Positions 1-9,840 of a stretch of 64,000 bases of DNA are shown one piece after another. The notes beneath the pieces were generated by a model. It searched no databases, had not been told where the DNA came from, and saw only the letters and a program-made list of their open reading frames with translations. A program made the position numbers and the translations under genes. The DNA is taken from assembly GCA_965657495.1 (NCBI GenBank), contig CBFHPD010000027.1, positions 9,888 to 73,887 of the forward strand, read 5' to 3'. The stretch's first letter is position 1. Each line of letters starts with the position of its first letter. This DNA comes from an uncultured Flavobacteriales bacterium (GTDB lineage: Bacteria; Bacteroidota; Bacteroidia; Flavobacteriales_D; Sanyastnellaceae).

Positions 1-988
1 CCGGCACATTCACCGGCAGGTTGTAACCGCCATGTTCCTTAAGCAGAATCGGGAAAATCAGGCAGTGGAACACGATGTTGTCCTTGCCGATGAAGTGGAC
101 CAAATCCGCTTCCGCCGACTGCCACCACGCCCTCCAATCCTGCCCGTTCGCCTCGCACCACTCCATCGTGCTGGTGATGTACCCGATCGGCGCATCCAAC
201 CAAACATACAGCACCTTCCCGTCCGCGCCCTCCACCGGCACGGGCACCCCCCAGTCCAAATCCCGTGTCATCGCCCGCGCCTGCAACCCCCCGTCAATCC
301 AGCTCTTGCACTGCCCCACGACGTGCGCCTTCCAAGCCGCCGCGTCGTGGTGCGGCGCGCCCTCGAGCCGCCCCTCCTCGATGTACTCGCGCAGCCACCC
401 CTCGTGCCGGTCCATCGGCAGGTACCAAAGCGTGGTGTCCTTCAAAACCGGTGTCGCACCGCTGAGCGTCGACTTCGGTTCGATGAGGTCCGTCGGCGAC
501 AGCGTGCTCCCGCATTTCTCGCACTGGTCCCCATACGCCCCCGCGGCCTCACACTTGGGGCACGTCCCGGTGATGTACCGGTCCGCCAAAAACTGCTGCG
601 CCTCCGGATCGAAAAACTGCGCCTCCGTCTTCACTTCAAATGCTCCCTTGTCGAGCAGCGTCAGGAAGAAATCCTGCGCCACTTGGTGGTGCTTCGCGCT
701 GCTCGTCCGGCTGTAGTGGTCGAACGAAATGTCGAGCGCAGCAAAGGCCGCCTGCATTTCCTCGTGGTATGTGTCCACGATCTCGCGCGGCGTCACCCCG
801 TCTTTCTTTGCGCGCAGCGTGATGGCCGCCCCGTGCTCGTCCGATCCGCAGACCCACAGCACGTCGTGTCCTGCGCTGCGCCGCCACCGGGCGTGGATGT
901 CCGCGGGCAAGTAGGCGCCGGCAATGTGACCGATGTGGATCGGGCCGTTCGCATACGGCAGGGCGGAGGTCATCAGGACGCGTGGCAT
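1..988 (-). CDS. metG: Methionyl-tRNA synthetase, N-terminal part. The gene continues past the left edge of the window.
   Basis: My own reverse-strand translation from the ATG at 988-986 gives [35 protein letters not shown]... It has the class I HIGH motif, the zinc knuckle [18 protein letters not shown], and WLDAPIGYI. This frame is absent from the ORF track because it runs off the window. Confidence 0.9.
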   Translation of the reverse strand, partial: MPRVLMTSALPYANGPIHIGHIAGAYLPADIHARWRRSAGHDVLWVCGSDEHGAAITLRAKKDGVTPREIVDTYHEEMQAAFAALDISFDHYSRTSSAKHHQVAQDFFLTLLDKGAFEVKTEAQFFDPEAQQFLADRYITGTCPKCEAAGAYGDQCEKCGSTLSPTDLIEPKSTLSGATPVLKDTTLWYLPMDRHEGWLREYIEEGRLEGAPHHDAAAWKAHVVGQCKSWIDGGLQARAMTRDLDWGVPVPVEGADGKVLYVWLDAPIGYITSTMEWCEANGQDWRAWWQSAEADLVHFIGKDNIVFHCLIFPILLKEHGGYNLPVNVP

Positions 989-1072
989 GGGCTTGGGTTT
1001 TTGAAAGGCCAAATTTCGCACATTCCCACCCACCCACAACAGATTCCTCCCATCGGGGTGCATCTTGCACCC

Positions 1073-1918
1073 ATGCTTCCGCGCTCCCTCCAACCGGGCG
1101 ACGCCATCGCCCTCGTTACGCCCGCCCGATTCACCGATTCAATCGCAGTTGAACATGCCTCCCAGGCCATCCGTGCGGCCGGGTTCGAACCGTTCCATGC
1201 GCCGGATTTGCTCGCCCGCGACGGGCAATTCGGCGGCAGCGATGCCCAGCGCGCCGAGCAGTTGAACCGAGCGTTTCGGTCCCCGGATGTGCGGGCGGTT
1301 TGGGCCATGCGCGGGGGCTACGGTTGCGCCCGCATCCTGCCGCTCCTTGATGCCGTCGCCTACTGCAAGGACCCCACCTGGATCTGCGGTTTCTCCGACG
1401 TGACAGCCTTGCACGCGTGGTCGGCTCGCATAGGCGTGGCGGCCCTGCACGGACCGGTGGCCGGGACATTCGCGTCAACGCTTAACGCCGAGCAGTTATG
1501 GACGGCGTTGGCACAGCCGGAGGCGCACCAGCGCGGCCGCCACCTCAATCTAACGGCCGAACGTCCGGTGCTCGGCGGCAACCTCAGCGTCCTCTACTCC
1601 CTCCTCGGTACGCCCTATTTCCCAGACGTGACCGGCGCGTGGCTGCTGCTCGAGGACCTCGACGAGTACCTCTACCACCTCGACCGCATGCTCAACAGCC
1701 TCCGCCTCGCGGGCGTGTTCGACCGGATGCACGGGCTGGTGCTGGGCAGCTTCACGGACTTGCACGACAACACGATTGCCTCAGGCCAAACCACAGACAA
1801 CCCCTTCGGACGGACCCTCCCCGACATGGTCGCCGACCACGTGCCGGCGGGGAAACCCGTGGTGTGGGACGTGCCGGTCGGGCACGGCGAGGAAAACGTT
1901 CCGGTGGTGCTCGGCTGA
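1073..1918 (+). CDS. LD-carboxypeptidase (peptidase S66, LdcA/MccF-like)
   Basis: Internal ATG at 1073 of track ORF 32..1918. Sequence [20 protein letters not shown]...[19 protein letters not shown]...[11 protein letters not shown] is typical of S66. The upstream 32-1072 part of that ORF is antisense to metG. Confidence 0.8.
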   Translation: MLPRSLQPGDAIALVTPARFTDSIAVEHASQAIRAAGFEPFHAPDLLARDGQFGGSDAQRAEQLNRAFRSPDVRAVWAMRGGYGCARILPLLDAVAYCKDPTWICGFSDVTALHAWSARIGVAALHGPVAGTFASTLNAEQLWTALAQPEAHQRGRHLNLTAERPVLGGNLSVLYSLLGTPYFPDVTGAWLLLEDLDEYLYHLDRMLNSLRLAGVFDRMHGLVLGSFTDLHDNTIASGQTTDNPFGRTLPDMVADHVPAGKPVVWDVPVGHGEENVPVVLG

Positions 1919-1956
1919 GGGCGGTTGAAGTACATTTGGCCTACAAAATCAACGCC

Positions 1957-3156
1957 ATGTACGGAAAGCTGCAAGCCCACCTTCAAAATGAATTGAAAGA
2001 AATCGAAGCCGCCGGGCTCTACAAGCGCGAGCGCATCATCGCGGGCCAGCAGGACGCGGAAATCACGCTGACCGACGGCTCCAAAGTGCTCAATTTCTGT
2101 GCGAACAACTACCTCGGGCTGAGCAACCACCCGCGCATCATGGACGCGGCCAAACGCGCCATCGATACGCACGGTTTCGGTATGTCTTCCGTCCGCTTCA
2201 TCTGCGGCACCCAGGACATCCACAAAGAGCTCGAGCAGGCCATCGCTGACTTCCATCAAACCGAGGACACCATCCTCTACGCGGCCGCCTTCGACGCGAA
2301 CGGCGGGGTCTTCGAGCCCCTTCTCGGCGCGGCCGACGCCATCATTTCCGACAGCCTGAACCACGCCTCCATCATCGACGGCGTGCGCCTTTGCAAGGCG
2401 GCGCGGTACCGGTATGCGAACAACGACATGGCCGACCTCGAAGCCCAGCTGAAGGCGGCCAACGAGGCGGGCCACCGCTTCAAGATCATCGTGACCGACG
2501 GCGTGTTCTCCATGGACGGCTACGTGGCTGCCATTGACCAAATCTGCGATCTCGCCGATCAATACGACGCCCTCGTGATGGTCGACGAATGCCACGCCAC
2601 GGGCTTCATCGGCAAGACCGGCCGCGGGAGCATCGAACTCCGGGACGCCATGGGCCGGGTGGACATCATCACCGGCACCCTCGGCAAGGCGATGGGCGGG
2701 GCGATGGGCGGCTTCACGACCGGCCGCAAAGAGATCATCGAGCTGTTGCGTCAACGCAGCCGGCCGTATTTGTTCTCGAACTCCTTGGCGCCGTCGATTG
2801 TCGGGGCGGGCATTGAGGCGTTCAAGATGCTTTCAGAATCAACTGAACTGCGGGACCGGCTCGAGGAGAACACGGCGTACTTCAAGGCGGGCATGCGCCG
2901 GGTCGGCCTTCCATTCAAAGACGGCGAGAGCGCGATCGTGCCCGTCATGCTGGGCGATGCCCGGTTGTCGCAGGTCATGGCGGACAAGCTGCTGGAGCGC
3001 GGCATTTACGTCATCGGATTTTTCTATCCCGTGGTGCCAAAGGAGCAAGCGCGCATCCGCGTGCAGTTGTCGGCAGCCCACACCCGGGAGCAGTTGGACC
3101 GGGCCATTGCGGCGTTCGAGGAAGTGGCGAAGGAGTTGGGGGTGATCGGCGCTTGA
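1957..3156 (+). CDS. kbl: Glycine C-acetyltransferase (2-amino-3-ketobutyrate CoA ligase)
   Basis: ATG at 1957 within ORF 1498..3156. [28 protein letters not shown]...[10 protein letters not shown]...[12 protein letters not shown]...GTLGKAMGG (PLP lysine context). Clear alpha-oxoamine synthase family signature. Confidence 0.9.
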   Translation: MYGKLQAHLQNELKEIEAAGLYKRERIIAGQQDAEITLTDGSKVLNFCANNYLGLSNHPRIMDAAKRAIDTHGFGMSSVRFICGTQDIHKELEQAIADFHQTEDTILYAAAFDANGGVFEPLLGAADAIISDSLNHASIIDGVRLCKAARYRYANNDMADLEAQLKAANEAGHRFKIIVTDGVFSMDGYVAAIDQICDLADQYDALVMVDECHATGFIGKTGRGSIELRDAMGRVDIITGTLGKAMGGAMGGFTTGRKEIIELLRQRSRPYLFSNSLAPSIVGAGIEAFKMLSESTELRDRLEENTAYFKAGMRRVGLPFKDGESAIVPVMLGDARLSQVMADKLLERGIYVIGFFYPVVPKEQARIRVQLSAAHTREQLDRAIAAFEEVAKELGVIGA

Positions 3157-3157
3157 G

Positions 3158-4192
3158 GTGGCGCGGTGGCTGGTTGTCGGTGGCGGACTGGCGGGCACGC
3201 TGGCCGCCGAAGCGCTGTGGCTTGCAGGAGAGGACGTGGTGCAACGGGACGCGGGGTTGCCGAGCGCTTCACGCGTTGCGGCGGGGATGTTCAATCCAGT
3301 CTCATTCCGCCGGGTGGTCGAGGTCTGGGACGCCGCAGAGCACCGGCAAGTCGCCGAGGCGGTGTATGCGCGGTTTGAACGGTTGCTGGGAGGGAAGTAC
3401 TGGTTTGAAGTGCCGGTGGTGCGCGCCTTTCCCAATGCGGATTACGCAGAGGTGTGGCGGTCGAGGATGTCCGCGGGGCATGATGTTTCAAAATGGATTG
3501 AATTAGCGGATGCACCGGGGGGGATGCGGTTTGAGTTCGGTGCAGGGCGCGTGGAGGGATCGGGTTGGGTGCACGTGACCCAATTGCTGGACGACTGGAA
3601 GGCGTGGGCCGCAAGTGGCCCTGATCGGTTGACGTGGGAAACCGGAGCGTGGAACTGGTCGGACGGTTTGCCCGCTGGGTACGACGGCGTGGTGGATGCC
3701 CGCGGCGTGGGGGCCGTTGAAGATTTGAAGCAATGGGGAATACAGGTCAATCCAAACCACGGCGAAGTGCTCACCTTGCGTCCGGGCGCTTGGACCGAGG
3801 GGTTCACGCTGAATGCGAACAAGTGGGTCCTCCCGCAGCCGGATGGGCGCGCGCGGCTTGGGGCCACGTATGCATGGGGCATCTTGGATGACCGCACCCA
3901 GGCCAAATCCCAGCACGAGTTGTTCGCCCCCTTCGAAAAGTGGGGTCGGTTCAATTTGAATGATGTCGAAGAACACCGAGCAGGCCTTCGGCCCGCCTCC
4001 CCCGACCGCCGGCCCATTGTCGGCAAGTTGAGCAACCGGTATCCGTGGTACGCCCTGCTGAACGGCCTCGGAACGCGTGGGGTCCTCGTGGGGCCGCGCG
4101 CAGCACAAGACCTCGCCCGTCAATTGCTTCAGGACGCCCCTCAACGGGATTTGACCAATCCCACGCGATTTCGTAGTTTCAACGAAATCTGA
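3158..4192 (+). CDS. FAD-dependent oxidoreductase (DAO / MnmC-oxidase-like family)
   Basis: GTG start 2 nt after the kbl stop. N-terminal Rossmann motif VVGGGLAGTLAA. C-terminal RAGLRPASPDRRPIVG...NGLGTRGV is typical of the DAO family. Confidence 0.7.
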   Translation: MARWLVVGGGLAGTLAAEALWLAGEDVVQRDAGLPSASRVAAGMFNPVSFRRVVEVWDAAEHRQVAEAVYARFERLLGGKYWFEVPVVRAFPNADYAEVWRSRMSAGHDVSKWIELADAPGGMRFEFGAGRVEGSGWVHVTQLLDDWKAWAASGPDRLTWETGAWNWSDGLPAGYDGVVDARGVGAVEDLKQWGIQVNPNHGEVLTLRPGAWTEGFTLNANKWVLPQPDGRARLGATYAWGILDDRTQAKSQHELFAPFEKWGRFNLNDVEEHRAGLRPASPDRRPIVGKLSNRYPWYALLNGLGTRGVLVGPRAAQDLARQLLQDAPQRDLTNPTRFRSFNEI

Positions 4193-4201
4193 ATCAGAAG
4201 G

Positions 4202-4822
4202 ATGGCGAAAAAGAAGAAGGGAAAGAAGAAAAAGGACAAACAAGCGGTTCCGGTGGCTGAGGCACCGCGGATGAGCGAAGTTGAATTTGCCCCGGTCCGA
4301 GAAGTGTTCATCACCGAGTGGGCGGGCTTGATGGTCGGGTGGGGCTTTCCAAAGGCAATGGGGACGGTGCACGGCTGCTTGCTTGCACGCGCCGATTCGC
4401 TGACGATGCGGGAAGTGAAGGACCTCACGGGGCTTAGCCAAGGAACGGCCTACACCATGCTCAAGCGCTTGGTGGACATGCGGCTCGCGCACGAGGAGCA
4501 CCGGCACGGCACACGGCAGGTGCGGTACTTGGCCGAGCGCGACGCGTGGCAAGTGGCTTCGTCGGCGCTGAAGGCGAGGCGCGAGCGCGAGCTGAATCCG
4601 CTGTTGGCGATGCGCGGTTTGCTGGAACAACTGCCTCCGGTCGACGGCCCGCCCACCGTGCGGGACGAGGAAGCAGCGCCCGATTCTGCAGCGGTGTTGA
4701 GCGCGACGCTGCAGCCCTTCGTCCACTGGGCCGAGCAGGTGGACGGCCTGTTTAGTGCCTTTGAAGTGGAGGATGAAAAGTGGTGGAGCCGGTTGGTGAA
4801 GCGGTGGAAAACCCGCACATGA
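4202..4822 (+). CDS. Winged-helix transcriptional regulator (GbsR/MarR-like) with a poly-lysine N-terminus
   Basis: FITEWAGLMVGWGFPKAMGTVHGCLLARADSLTMREVKDLTGLSQGTAYTMLKRLVDMRL matches the GbsR-type wHTH pattern. The N-terminus is MAKKKKGKKKKDK. Confidence 0.6.
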   Translation: MAKKKKGKKKKDKQAVPVAEAPRMSEVEFAPVREVFITEWAGLMVGWGFPKAMGTVHGCLLARADSLTMREVKDLTGLSQGTAYTMLKRLVDMRLAHEEHRHGTRQVRYLAERDAWQVASSALKARRERELNPLLAMRGLLEQLPPVDGPPTVRDEEAAPDSAAVLSATLQPFVHWAEQVDGLFSAFEVEDEKWWSRLVKRWKTRT

Positions 4823-4884
4823 TTTGGCTTGAATTCACAACGTCCTGAAGAGATTAGCCGTAATTTTCGCCCAAATTCAGCACC

Positions 4885-5397
4885 ATGCTCAAACCAGAAG
4901 TTGCCCACGCCCTCAACCAGCAAGTCGAATTGGAAGCGCAAAGCTCCCACGCTTACCTCGCGATGGCCGTCTGGGCAGAAACCGAAGGCTACGATGGAAC
5001 CGCGAACTTCCTCTACCGCCACGCGGAGGAGGAGCGCGGGCACATGCTGAAACTCATCCGTTTCATCAACGAGCGCGGCAGCAAGGCCGTGGTTCCCCCG
5101 CTCGGCGCCCCAAGCCCGTCGTTCAGCGGACTGAAGGAGGCGTTTGAGAGCGTGCTGGAACACGAGACCCGGGTAACCGAGAGCATCAACGAAGTGGTGG
5201 ACGTGTGCTTGCGGGTCAAGGACTACCCCACGCACAACTTCATGCAATGGTACGTGGCCGAGCAGTTGGAGGAGGAAGGCATGGCGCGCCGGATCTTGGA
5301 TCGCTTGGCATTGGCTGGTGATGCGTCGGGAGCCCTGTATCACTTCGACCGCGATATCACTTCCATCGAGCCGATGGAAGAAGGAGCAGGCGCCTAA
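4885..5397 (+). CDS. ftnA: Non-heme ferritin
   Basis: MLKPEVAHALNQQVELEAQSSHAYLAMAVW...EERGHMLKLIRFINERG...LEHETRVT...FMQWYVAEQLEEE shows the ferroxidase-centre Glu/His pattern. Confidence 0.85.
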   Translation: MLKPEVAHALNQQVELEAQSSHAYLAMAVWAETEGYDGTANFLYRHAEEERGHMLKLIRFINERGSKAVVPPLGAPSPSFSGLKEAFESVLEHETRVTESINEVVDVCLRVKDYPTHNFMQWYVAEQLEEEGMARRILDRLALAGDASGALYHFDRDITSIEPMEEGAGA

Positions 5398-5406
5398 GGC
5401 CCCCGC

Positions 5407-5964
5407 ATGAAGAGGGTTGTCGTTTCGGTGGTGTCGTTGTGCTTTGCGGGCATGGCTTGGGCGGTGGCCGCGCATTGGAGACAAGGCGATGAAGACCAAA
5501 AGGAGTACGGCATCGACCTGCTCAACACCTCGGCAGCCGTCGAGTCCTGGGTGATTTGCGGATTCACCGAAGGGCTCAAGTGGCCGGAAGAAACGAAGAC
5601 GGGAACCTACCGCATCGGGGTCTTGGGGGACGCCGAATTGCACAAGTTTTTGATGAACGGTTGCAACATGCACCCCTCGGGGAGCCAGATCGTTGAAATT
5701 ATTGCGTGTCCGGAGGTTCCGGACGATACGTACTACCACATTTTGTATGTTGGTGATGTGGCAAGTCCTGCGTGGAACGCTTGGCGCCCTGCCTTGCAGG
5801 ACGCTCCGACGGTGGTGGTCACGCACGCCGAAGGGGGCGTCCCGGGAGGGGCCATGGTGAACTTCCATTATGTGGATGGCGAGCTGACGTTGCAACTGGA
5901 TGTGGAGCGGGCGGAGCGTTTACAGATTTCAATAGGTAATGAACTGAAGTCATGGGTGGAATGA
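5407..5964 (+). CDS. YfiR-like periplasmic protein (DUF4154)
   Basis: Signal peptide MKRVVVSVVSLCFAGMAWA. Blocks YRIGVLGD...YHILYVG...VVVTHAEGGVPGGAMVNF...LQLDVERAERLQISIGNELK align by eye with Pseudomonas YfiR. Confidence 0.6.
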   Translation: MKRVVVSVVSLCFAGMAWAVAAHWRQGDEDQKEYGIDLLNTSAAVESWVICGFTEGLKWPEETKTGTYRIGVLGDAELHKFLMNGCNMHPSGSQIVEIIACPEVPDDTYYHILYVGDVASPAWNAWRPALQDAPTVVVTHAEGGVPGGAMVNFHYVDGELTLQLDVERAERLQISIGNELKSWVE

Positions 5965-6863
5965 ATGTCCTGCGGATTTGTGTGCTGTGCCTGTGGGCAT
6001 TTGGCGGTGTGGCATTCGCCCAATCGCCTGTGGAGCGGGCTATTGTGTTGGGCAATCAAGGGGCGTGGGAGGAGGCCGCTGAGGTGTTGCGACCGGCAGT
6101 AGCTGGGGATTTCCAAGCCGACCCCCAAGCATGGTACATCCTCGGGTTTGCCCTCAAGGAGCAATACAAGCAATCCGAGAACCCCGCCATTGACAACCCC
6201 CAGCGGTTGGGGGCGATCCAGTCGTTCCAGCGGAGCTTGCAACTTCAGGAAGCCCGCGGGGAAATAGATGCCTCGTTGGTGAATGCCATGGAGGCCATGG
6301 CCGAGAGTTTCCTGAAAGATGCGGCTGCACGGGTCATCCAATTCGCCCCGGGCGACGATGCGGAAGTCCTCGGTTTACTCAAGCGGTACGAGGCGGAGTG
6401 GGCGCAATTGCATCCCGATGCCCGTTTTGAAGACCAAGAGTTCGACATGTATTTCATGCTTGCGGAGGCCAATAGCGCACTGCTCGACCCCGCGCTCGGG
6501 CTCAGCAATGGGGTGCGGCAGGCCGCCTTTGAGCAAGCCGTCGCGCATTACGAAGCGGCGGAAGCGCTGCGGCCTGACGATGATCGCACCCATTACAATT
6601 TGGCAGTGACCTGGTACAACGAAGGGGTGCGGAAAATCCGGGCCATAGACAACCAGGTGACCTTGCCTGAATTGATGCGCATCCAATCCGAATGCGTGCA
6701 GTTTTTCAAGCGCGCCCTCGACCCCATGCAATCGGCGTACGCGCTGAATCCAAAAAAGGCCCGGACCCTCAACGGCCTGATGATCATCCACCGGGCGTTG
6801 GAGCAGCGCGAGGAAAGCGACCGGTTCCGGGTGGAATTGGAAGCCTTGAAGGGCGGACGCTGA
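5961..6863 (+). CDS. Secreted TPR-like repeat protein
   Basis: The ATG at 5961 overlaps the preceding stop as ATGA. Signal peptide MNVLRICVLCLWAFGGVAFAQ, followed by helical repeat-like sequence (AWYILGFALKEQ, HYNLAVTWYNEG). Confidence 0.55.
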   Translation: MNVLRICVLCLWAFGGVAFAQSPVERAIVLGNQGAWEEAAEVLRPAVAGDFQADPQAWYILGFALKEQYKQSENPAIDNPQRLGAIQSFQRSLQLQEARGEIDASLVNAMEAMAESFLKDAAARVIQFAPGDDAEVLGLLKRYEAEWAQLHPDARFEDQEFDMYFMLAEANSALLDPALGLSNGVRQAAFEQAVAHYEAAEALRPDDDRTHYNLAVTWYNEGVRKIRAIDNQVTLPELMRIQSECVQFFKRALDPMQSAYALNPKKARTLNGLMIIHRALEQREESDRFRVELEALKGGR

Positions 6864-6945
6864 TCCGGGGGTTATTGACATGCGGCGGTTCACGCCCGCT
6901 GAAGAAAGGCGTTGACGGCGAAGCCATTCCGCCTAAATTGTCGGC

Positions 6946-8883
6946 ATGATTCGCAGGTCAGGTTCCATTGGTACAACACGTGCCCCCATTGAGGATGCCG
7001 GGGAGCGAACCAATGCCGGACCTCGGCCGGGCGTGAAAATCAGCGGAACTGGGCGCCTGCGCTTTCCCATTGGGTGGCGAATGGGCATCGGTTTTGGCTT
7101 GTTTGGCGTAGCCGTTTCCGTTCAATTCATTTTGACCCGAAACACGTTGGTGGAAAATGCCCGGCTCAGCACGCAAGTCGACGAGGTCCTCACCCCCAGC
7201 CTCGATGCCTTGCACGATTTGGAGTTGACCATCGCTGAATCGGAGTCGCACATCATTCAGTGGCTCTACGTTCAAGCGGATGCGGACCATCCCAAACGCC
7301 GGCGCCTCCTCGCCTTGCAGGACAGCGTCATTCCCGCTCAGCTGGAGCAAATCGACCGGTACGCCATCTCGTGGTCTCCGGAGATGCAGCAGGAGTGGGA
7401 CAACTTGAAATACCACCTGGGGCACATGATCATCCTGTACGAGCGGATTGAGCGCTTGCTTCCGGAGTTTGAGTCCTACAACACCCCCGCCCTGCCCATG
7501 ATGGCGCGGAGGGAAGTGCAAATGAACCCGGGGGAGGAGGGCCTCGGTTCCGTCTACGAAGCCATCGATGCCGCCATCATCAGCTTGAATGCGGCCAACC
7601 GGGAACTCACCCGGCTTTCAATGGCGCGGATGGATGAATTGAGTTCTCGGCTCCGCTTGTATGCGGGCAACGTGGCGGTGGGCGTCTTGATGCTGGGCAT
7701 TGTCATCGCCACCTTGGTGACGCGTTCGATCCTCACGCCGGTTCGGGATTTGAAGCGCACCTTGCTGTACATGGGCAGGGGGGTGCAACCGGACCAACCG
7801 GTGAAGGTGGGCCCCGATGAGATCGGGGAGATGGCGAATGCGGTAAACCGGCTCGCGGAGGGGTTGAAGCGCACCCGGAGTTTTTCCATCGAGGTCGGTA
7901 AGGGCCATTTCGAAACGGAGTACATCCCCTTGAGTGAGGACGACACCTTGGGCCATGCCTTGTTGAAAATGCGCGATGAACTGGCTTCGAACGAGAAGGA
8001 GCTCGAGCGCAAGGTGCGGTTGCGCACCACAGAAGTGGAGGAGCAGAAGGCACGCATCGAGTCGCTGTACACCGACCTCCGGGACAGCATCGATTATGCG
8101 GTGCGGATCCAAAAGGCCATCCTGCCCACGGAGGGCGAGCGCGAGCGGGTGTTCTTCGAAAACGCGGTGTTTTATCGCCCGCGTGACGTGGTTTCGGGGG
8201 ACTTTTATTGGTTCCACAAGGCGGGCCGGGCGCGCATGTTTTCGGCCATCGATTGCACGGGGCACGGCGTGCCGGGCGCGTTCATGAGCCTGATCGGACA
8301 CAATGCGTTGGAGCGGGTTTCGAAGGTGTTCACGCAGCCCGACAAGATGCTGACGCACCTCAACCGCATCGCGTGGGAAGTGTTGAGCCAGCAATATGGC
8401 AAGCGCGTGACCGCGCAGGTGGGGGCGGATGAATTGCCTGAACCGGCGGGGGAGATGGGCGGCTATGCAGGGATTCAGGATGGCATGGATTTGGCCATGG
8501 CGAGCATCGACATGGAGAACATGGTCCTCCAATACAGCGGCGCGAACAACCCGTTGTACATCGTCCGCCGCCGAGAGGTCATTACGTTGAATCCCGACAA
8601 GATGGCCATCGCTTCATTCTTGCCTGAAACAGCGCACTATTCGAATACGGAGTTCGATTTGGAGCCCGGTGATTTGATTGTTGCGGCCACCGACGGTTAC
8701 GTGGACCAATTTGGAGGGCCGCTCGGCAAGAAATTCATGCGCCGCCGGTTCCGCGAGCTGTTGGTCGAGTTGTCTGCCCAGCCCATGCCGGAAATCCAGC
8801 GCATCCTCGAGACGACCTTCGACCGTTGGAAGGGAAACGAGGAGCAAGTGGACGACGTGCTGGTGATTGCTGTCCGGGTGTGA
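6946..8883 (+). CDS. Membrane sensor with HAMP domain and PP2C/SpoIIE-type serine phosphatase output
   Basis: Two TM segments flank a helical periplasmic region of about 200 aa. HAMP region (PDEIGEMANAVNRLAEGLKRT), then a coiled coil, then the SpoIIE pattern IQKAILP...VSGDFYWF...DCTGHGVPGAFMS...ATDGYVDQFG. The start could instead be the ATG at 7081 (MGIGFGLFG). Confidence 0.8.
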   Translation: MIRRSGSIGTTRAPIEDAGERTNAGPRPGVKISGTGRLRFPIGWRMGIGFGLFGVAVSVQFILTRNTLVENARLSTQVDEVLTPSLDALHDLELTIAESESHIIQWLYVQADADHPKRRRLLALQDSVIPAQLEQIDRYAISWSPEMQQEWDNLKYHLGHMIILYERIERLLPEFESYNTPALPMMARREVQMNPGEEGLGSVYEAIDAAIISLNAANRELTRLSMARMDELSSRLRLYAGNVAVGVLMLGIVIATLVTRSILTPVRDLKRTLLYMGRGVQPDQPVKVGPDEIGEMANAVNRLAEGLKRTRSFSIEVGKGHFETEYIPLSEDDTLGHALLKMRDELASNEKELERKVRLRTTEVEEQKARIESLYTDLRDSIDYAVRIQKAILPTEGERERVFFENAVFYRPRDVVSGDFYWFHKAGRARMFSAIDCTGHGVPGAFMSLIGHNALERVSKVFTQPDKMLTHLNRIAWEVLSQQYGKRVTAQVGADELPEPAGEMGGYAGIQDGMDLAMASIDMENMVLQYSGANNPLYIVRRREVITLNPDKMAIASFLPETAHYSNTEFDLEPGDLIVAATDGYVDQFGGPLGKKFMRRRFRELLVELSAQPMPEIQRILETTFDRWKGNEEQVDDVLVIAVRV

Positions 8884-8895
8884 AGCATAAAAAAA

Positions 8896-8918
8896 CCGGC
8901 CCCCGAGTGGGAGGCCGG
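8896..8918. terminator. GC-rich hairpin between convergent genes. It is a canonical intrinsic terminator for the minus-strand USP gene.
   Basis: CCGGCCCCC-GAGT-GGGAGGCCGG, preceded on the plus strand by an A-run at 8888-8895. That run gives a U-run after the hairpin on the minus strand. Confidence 0.55.
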
Positions 8919-8940
8919 CCATTCTTCAGTTCATTTTGAA

Positions 8941-9777
8941 TCAATTCCGGGCGAACACGGAATTGCGGATAACCCGCGTTTCCTTCGGGTTCAAAATCAG
9001 CACCGGAATCTCGGCTTCGTTTGTGATGACTTGCTGCTCGTAAGTTTGGCCCAGAATGCCCATGAGGGATTTCTCGTGCAAGTTCATGATGCTGATCAAA
9101 TCGGCATCGATCGATGAGGCATAACGGATGACATCCTTGACAAAGGCGCTTGAACTGTGCTCGGAGACCTTGGTCGTGTGTTCTATGCCCAAATCCTCGA
9201 AGTAATCTTTGGCGTAATTGACGTTGCGGTCGAGCTGGTTCTTCAAGAATTCGTCGTCCTCCGCCGGCGAAATCAGGTGGACCCGCCCCTTGAAATAGGT
9301 CGCCATTTCAGCCACGATGGAGAGCTTCTGCTTCGTGTCTTGGTGCAAGTCGAGCGGCACCACGATGTCGTCGTACCCCGTTTCCCGGATGCCTTTCTCC
9401 TGGGTGATGATGGTCGGCACCGAACAGTTGGTCACAATCTTCAGCGCGCGCCCACCGGTGATGAACTGCATGCCCTTCAATCCGTGCGTGCCCATGATGA
9501 TGAGGTTGGCCATTTCCTCAACACTCGCGTCGTCGATTTCTTCGAAAATGGAACCGATGCGGATGGTGTACCGGATGTTGTGCGTGTACTTGTTCTTGCA
9601 CCGCTCGAGCAACGCTTCCATGCGGGCACGCGATTCAGGGAAGTCTTTTTTGTTGCCAACAACGTGCAGCAAAATGATCTCGCTGTCGATGGCTTTGCCC
9701 ACGACAAAGGCGTGTTCGATGGAGACTTCACTCACCGGCGTGAAGTCGAAGGGAACGAGGATGCGGTGTTTCGGCAT
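8941..9777 (-). CDS. Tandem universal stress protein (two UspA domains)
   Basis: ATG at 9777 inside ORF 8941..10134. MPKHRILVPFDFTPVSE...LLHVV...IIMGTHGLKG, with a second repeat VVPLDLH...LISIMNLHEKSLMG. The 119-aa upstream extension in the track is Pro/Gln/His-rich junk. Confidence 0.8.
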   Translation of the reverse strand: MPKHRILVPFDFTPVSEVSIEHAFVVGKAIDSEIILLHVVGNKKDFPESRARMEALLERCKNKYTHNIRYTIRIGSIFEEIDDASVEEMANLIIMGTHGLKGMQFITGGRALKIVTNCSVPTIITQEKGIRETGYDDIVVPLDLHQDTKQKLSIVAEMATYFKGRVHLISPAEDDEFLKNQLDRNVNYAKDYFEDLGIEHTTKVSEHSSSAFVKDVIRYASSIDADLISIMNLHEKSLMGILGQTYEQQVITNEAEIPVLILNPKETRVIRNSVFARN

Positions 9778-9840
9778 GTTTTTGCAGTTTGTCGCGAAGG
9801 TACATCTCCAACCGGTTTTTTTCCCTGATACCTTTGCGGC

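Noticed and set aside
32-1072. N-terminal 347 codons of the 628-aa plus-strand ORF 32..1918
   Set aside because: This stretch is exactly antisense to a clear metG reading frame (HIGH motif, zinc knuckle). Its own translation is Arg/Pro/His-rich with no recognisable domain. Only the part from the ATG at 1073 (the LdcA-like gene) looks real.
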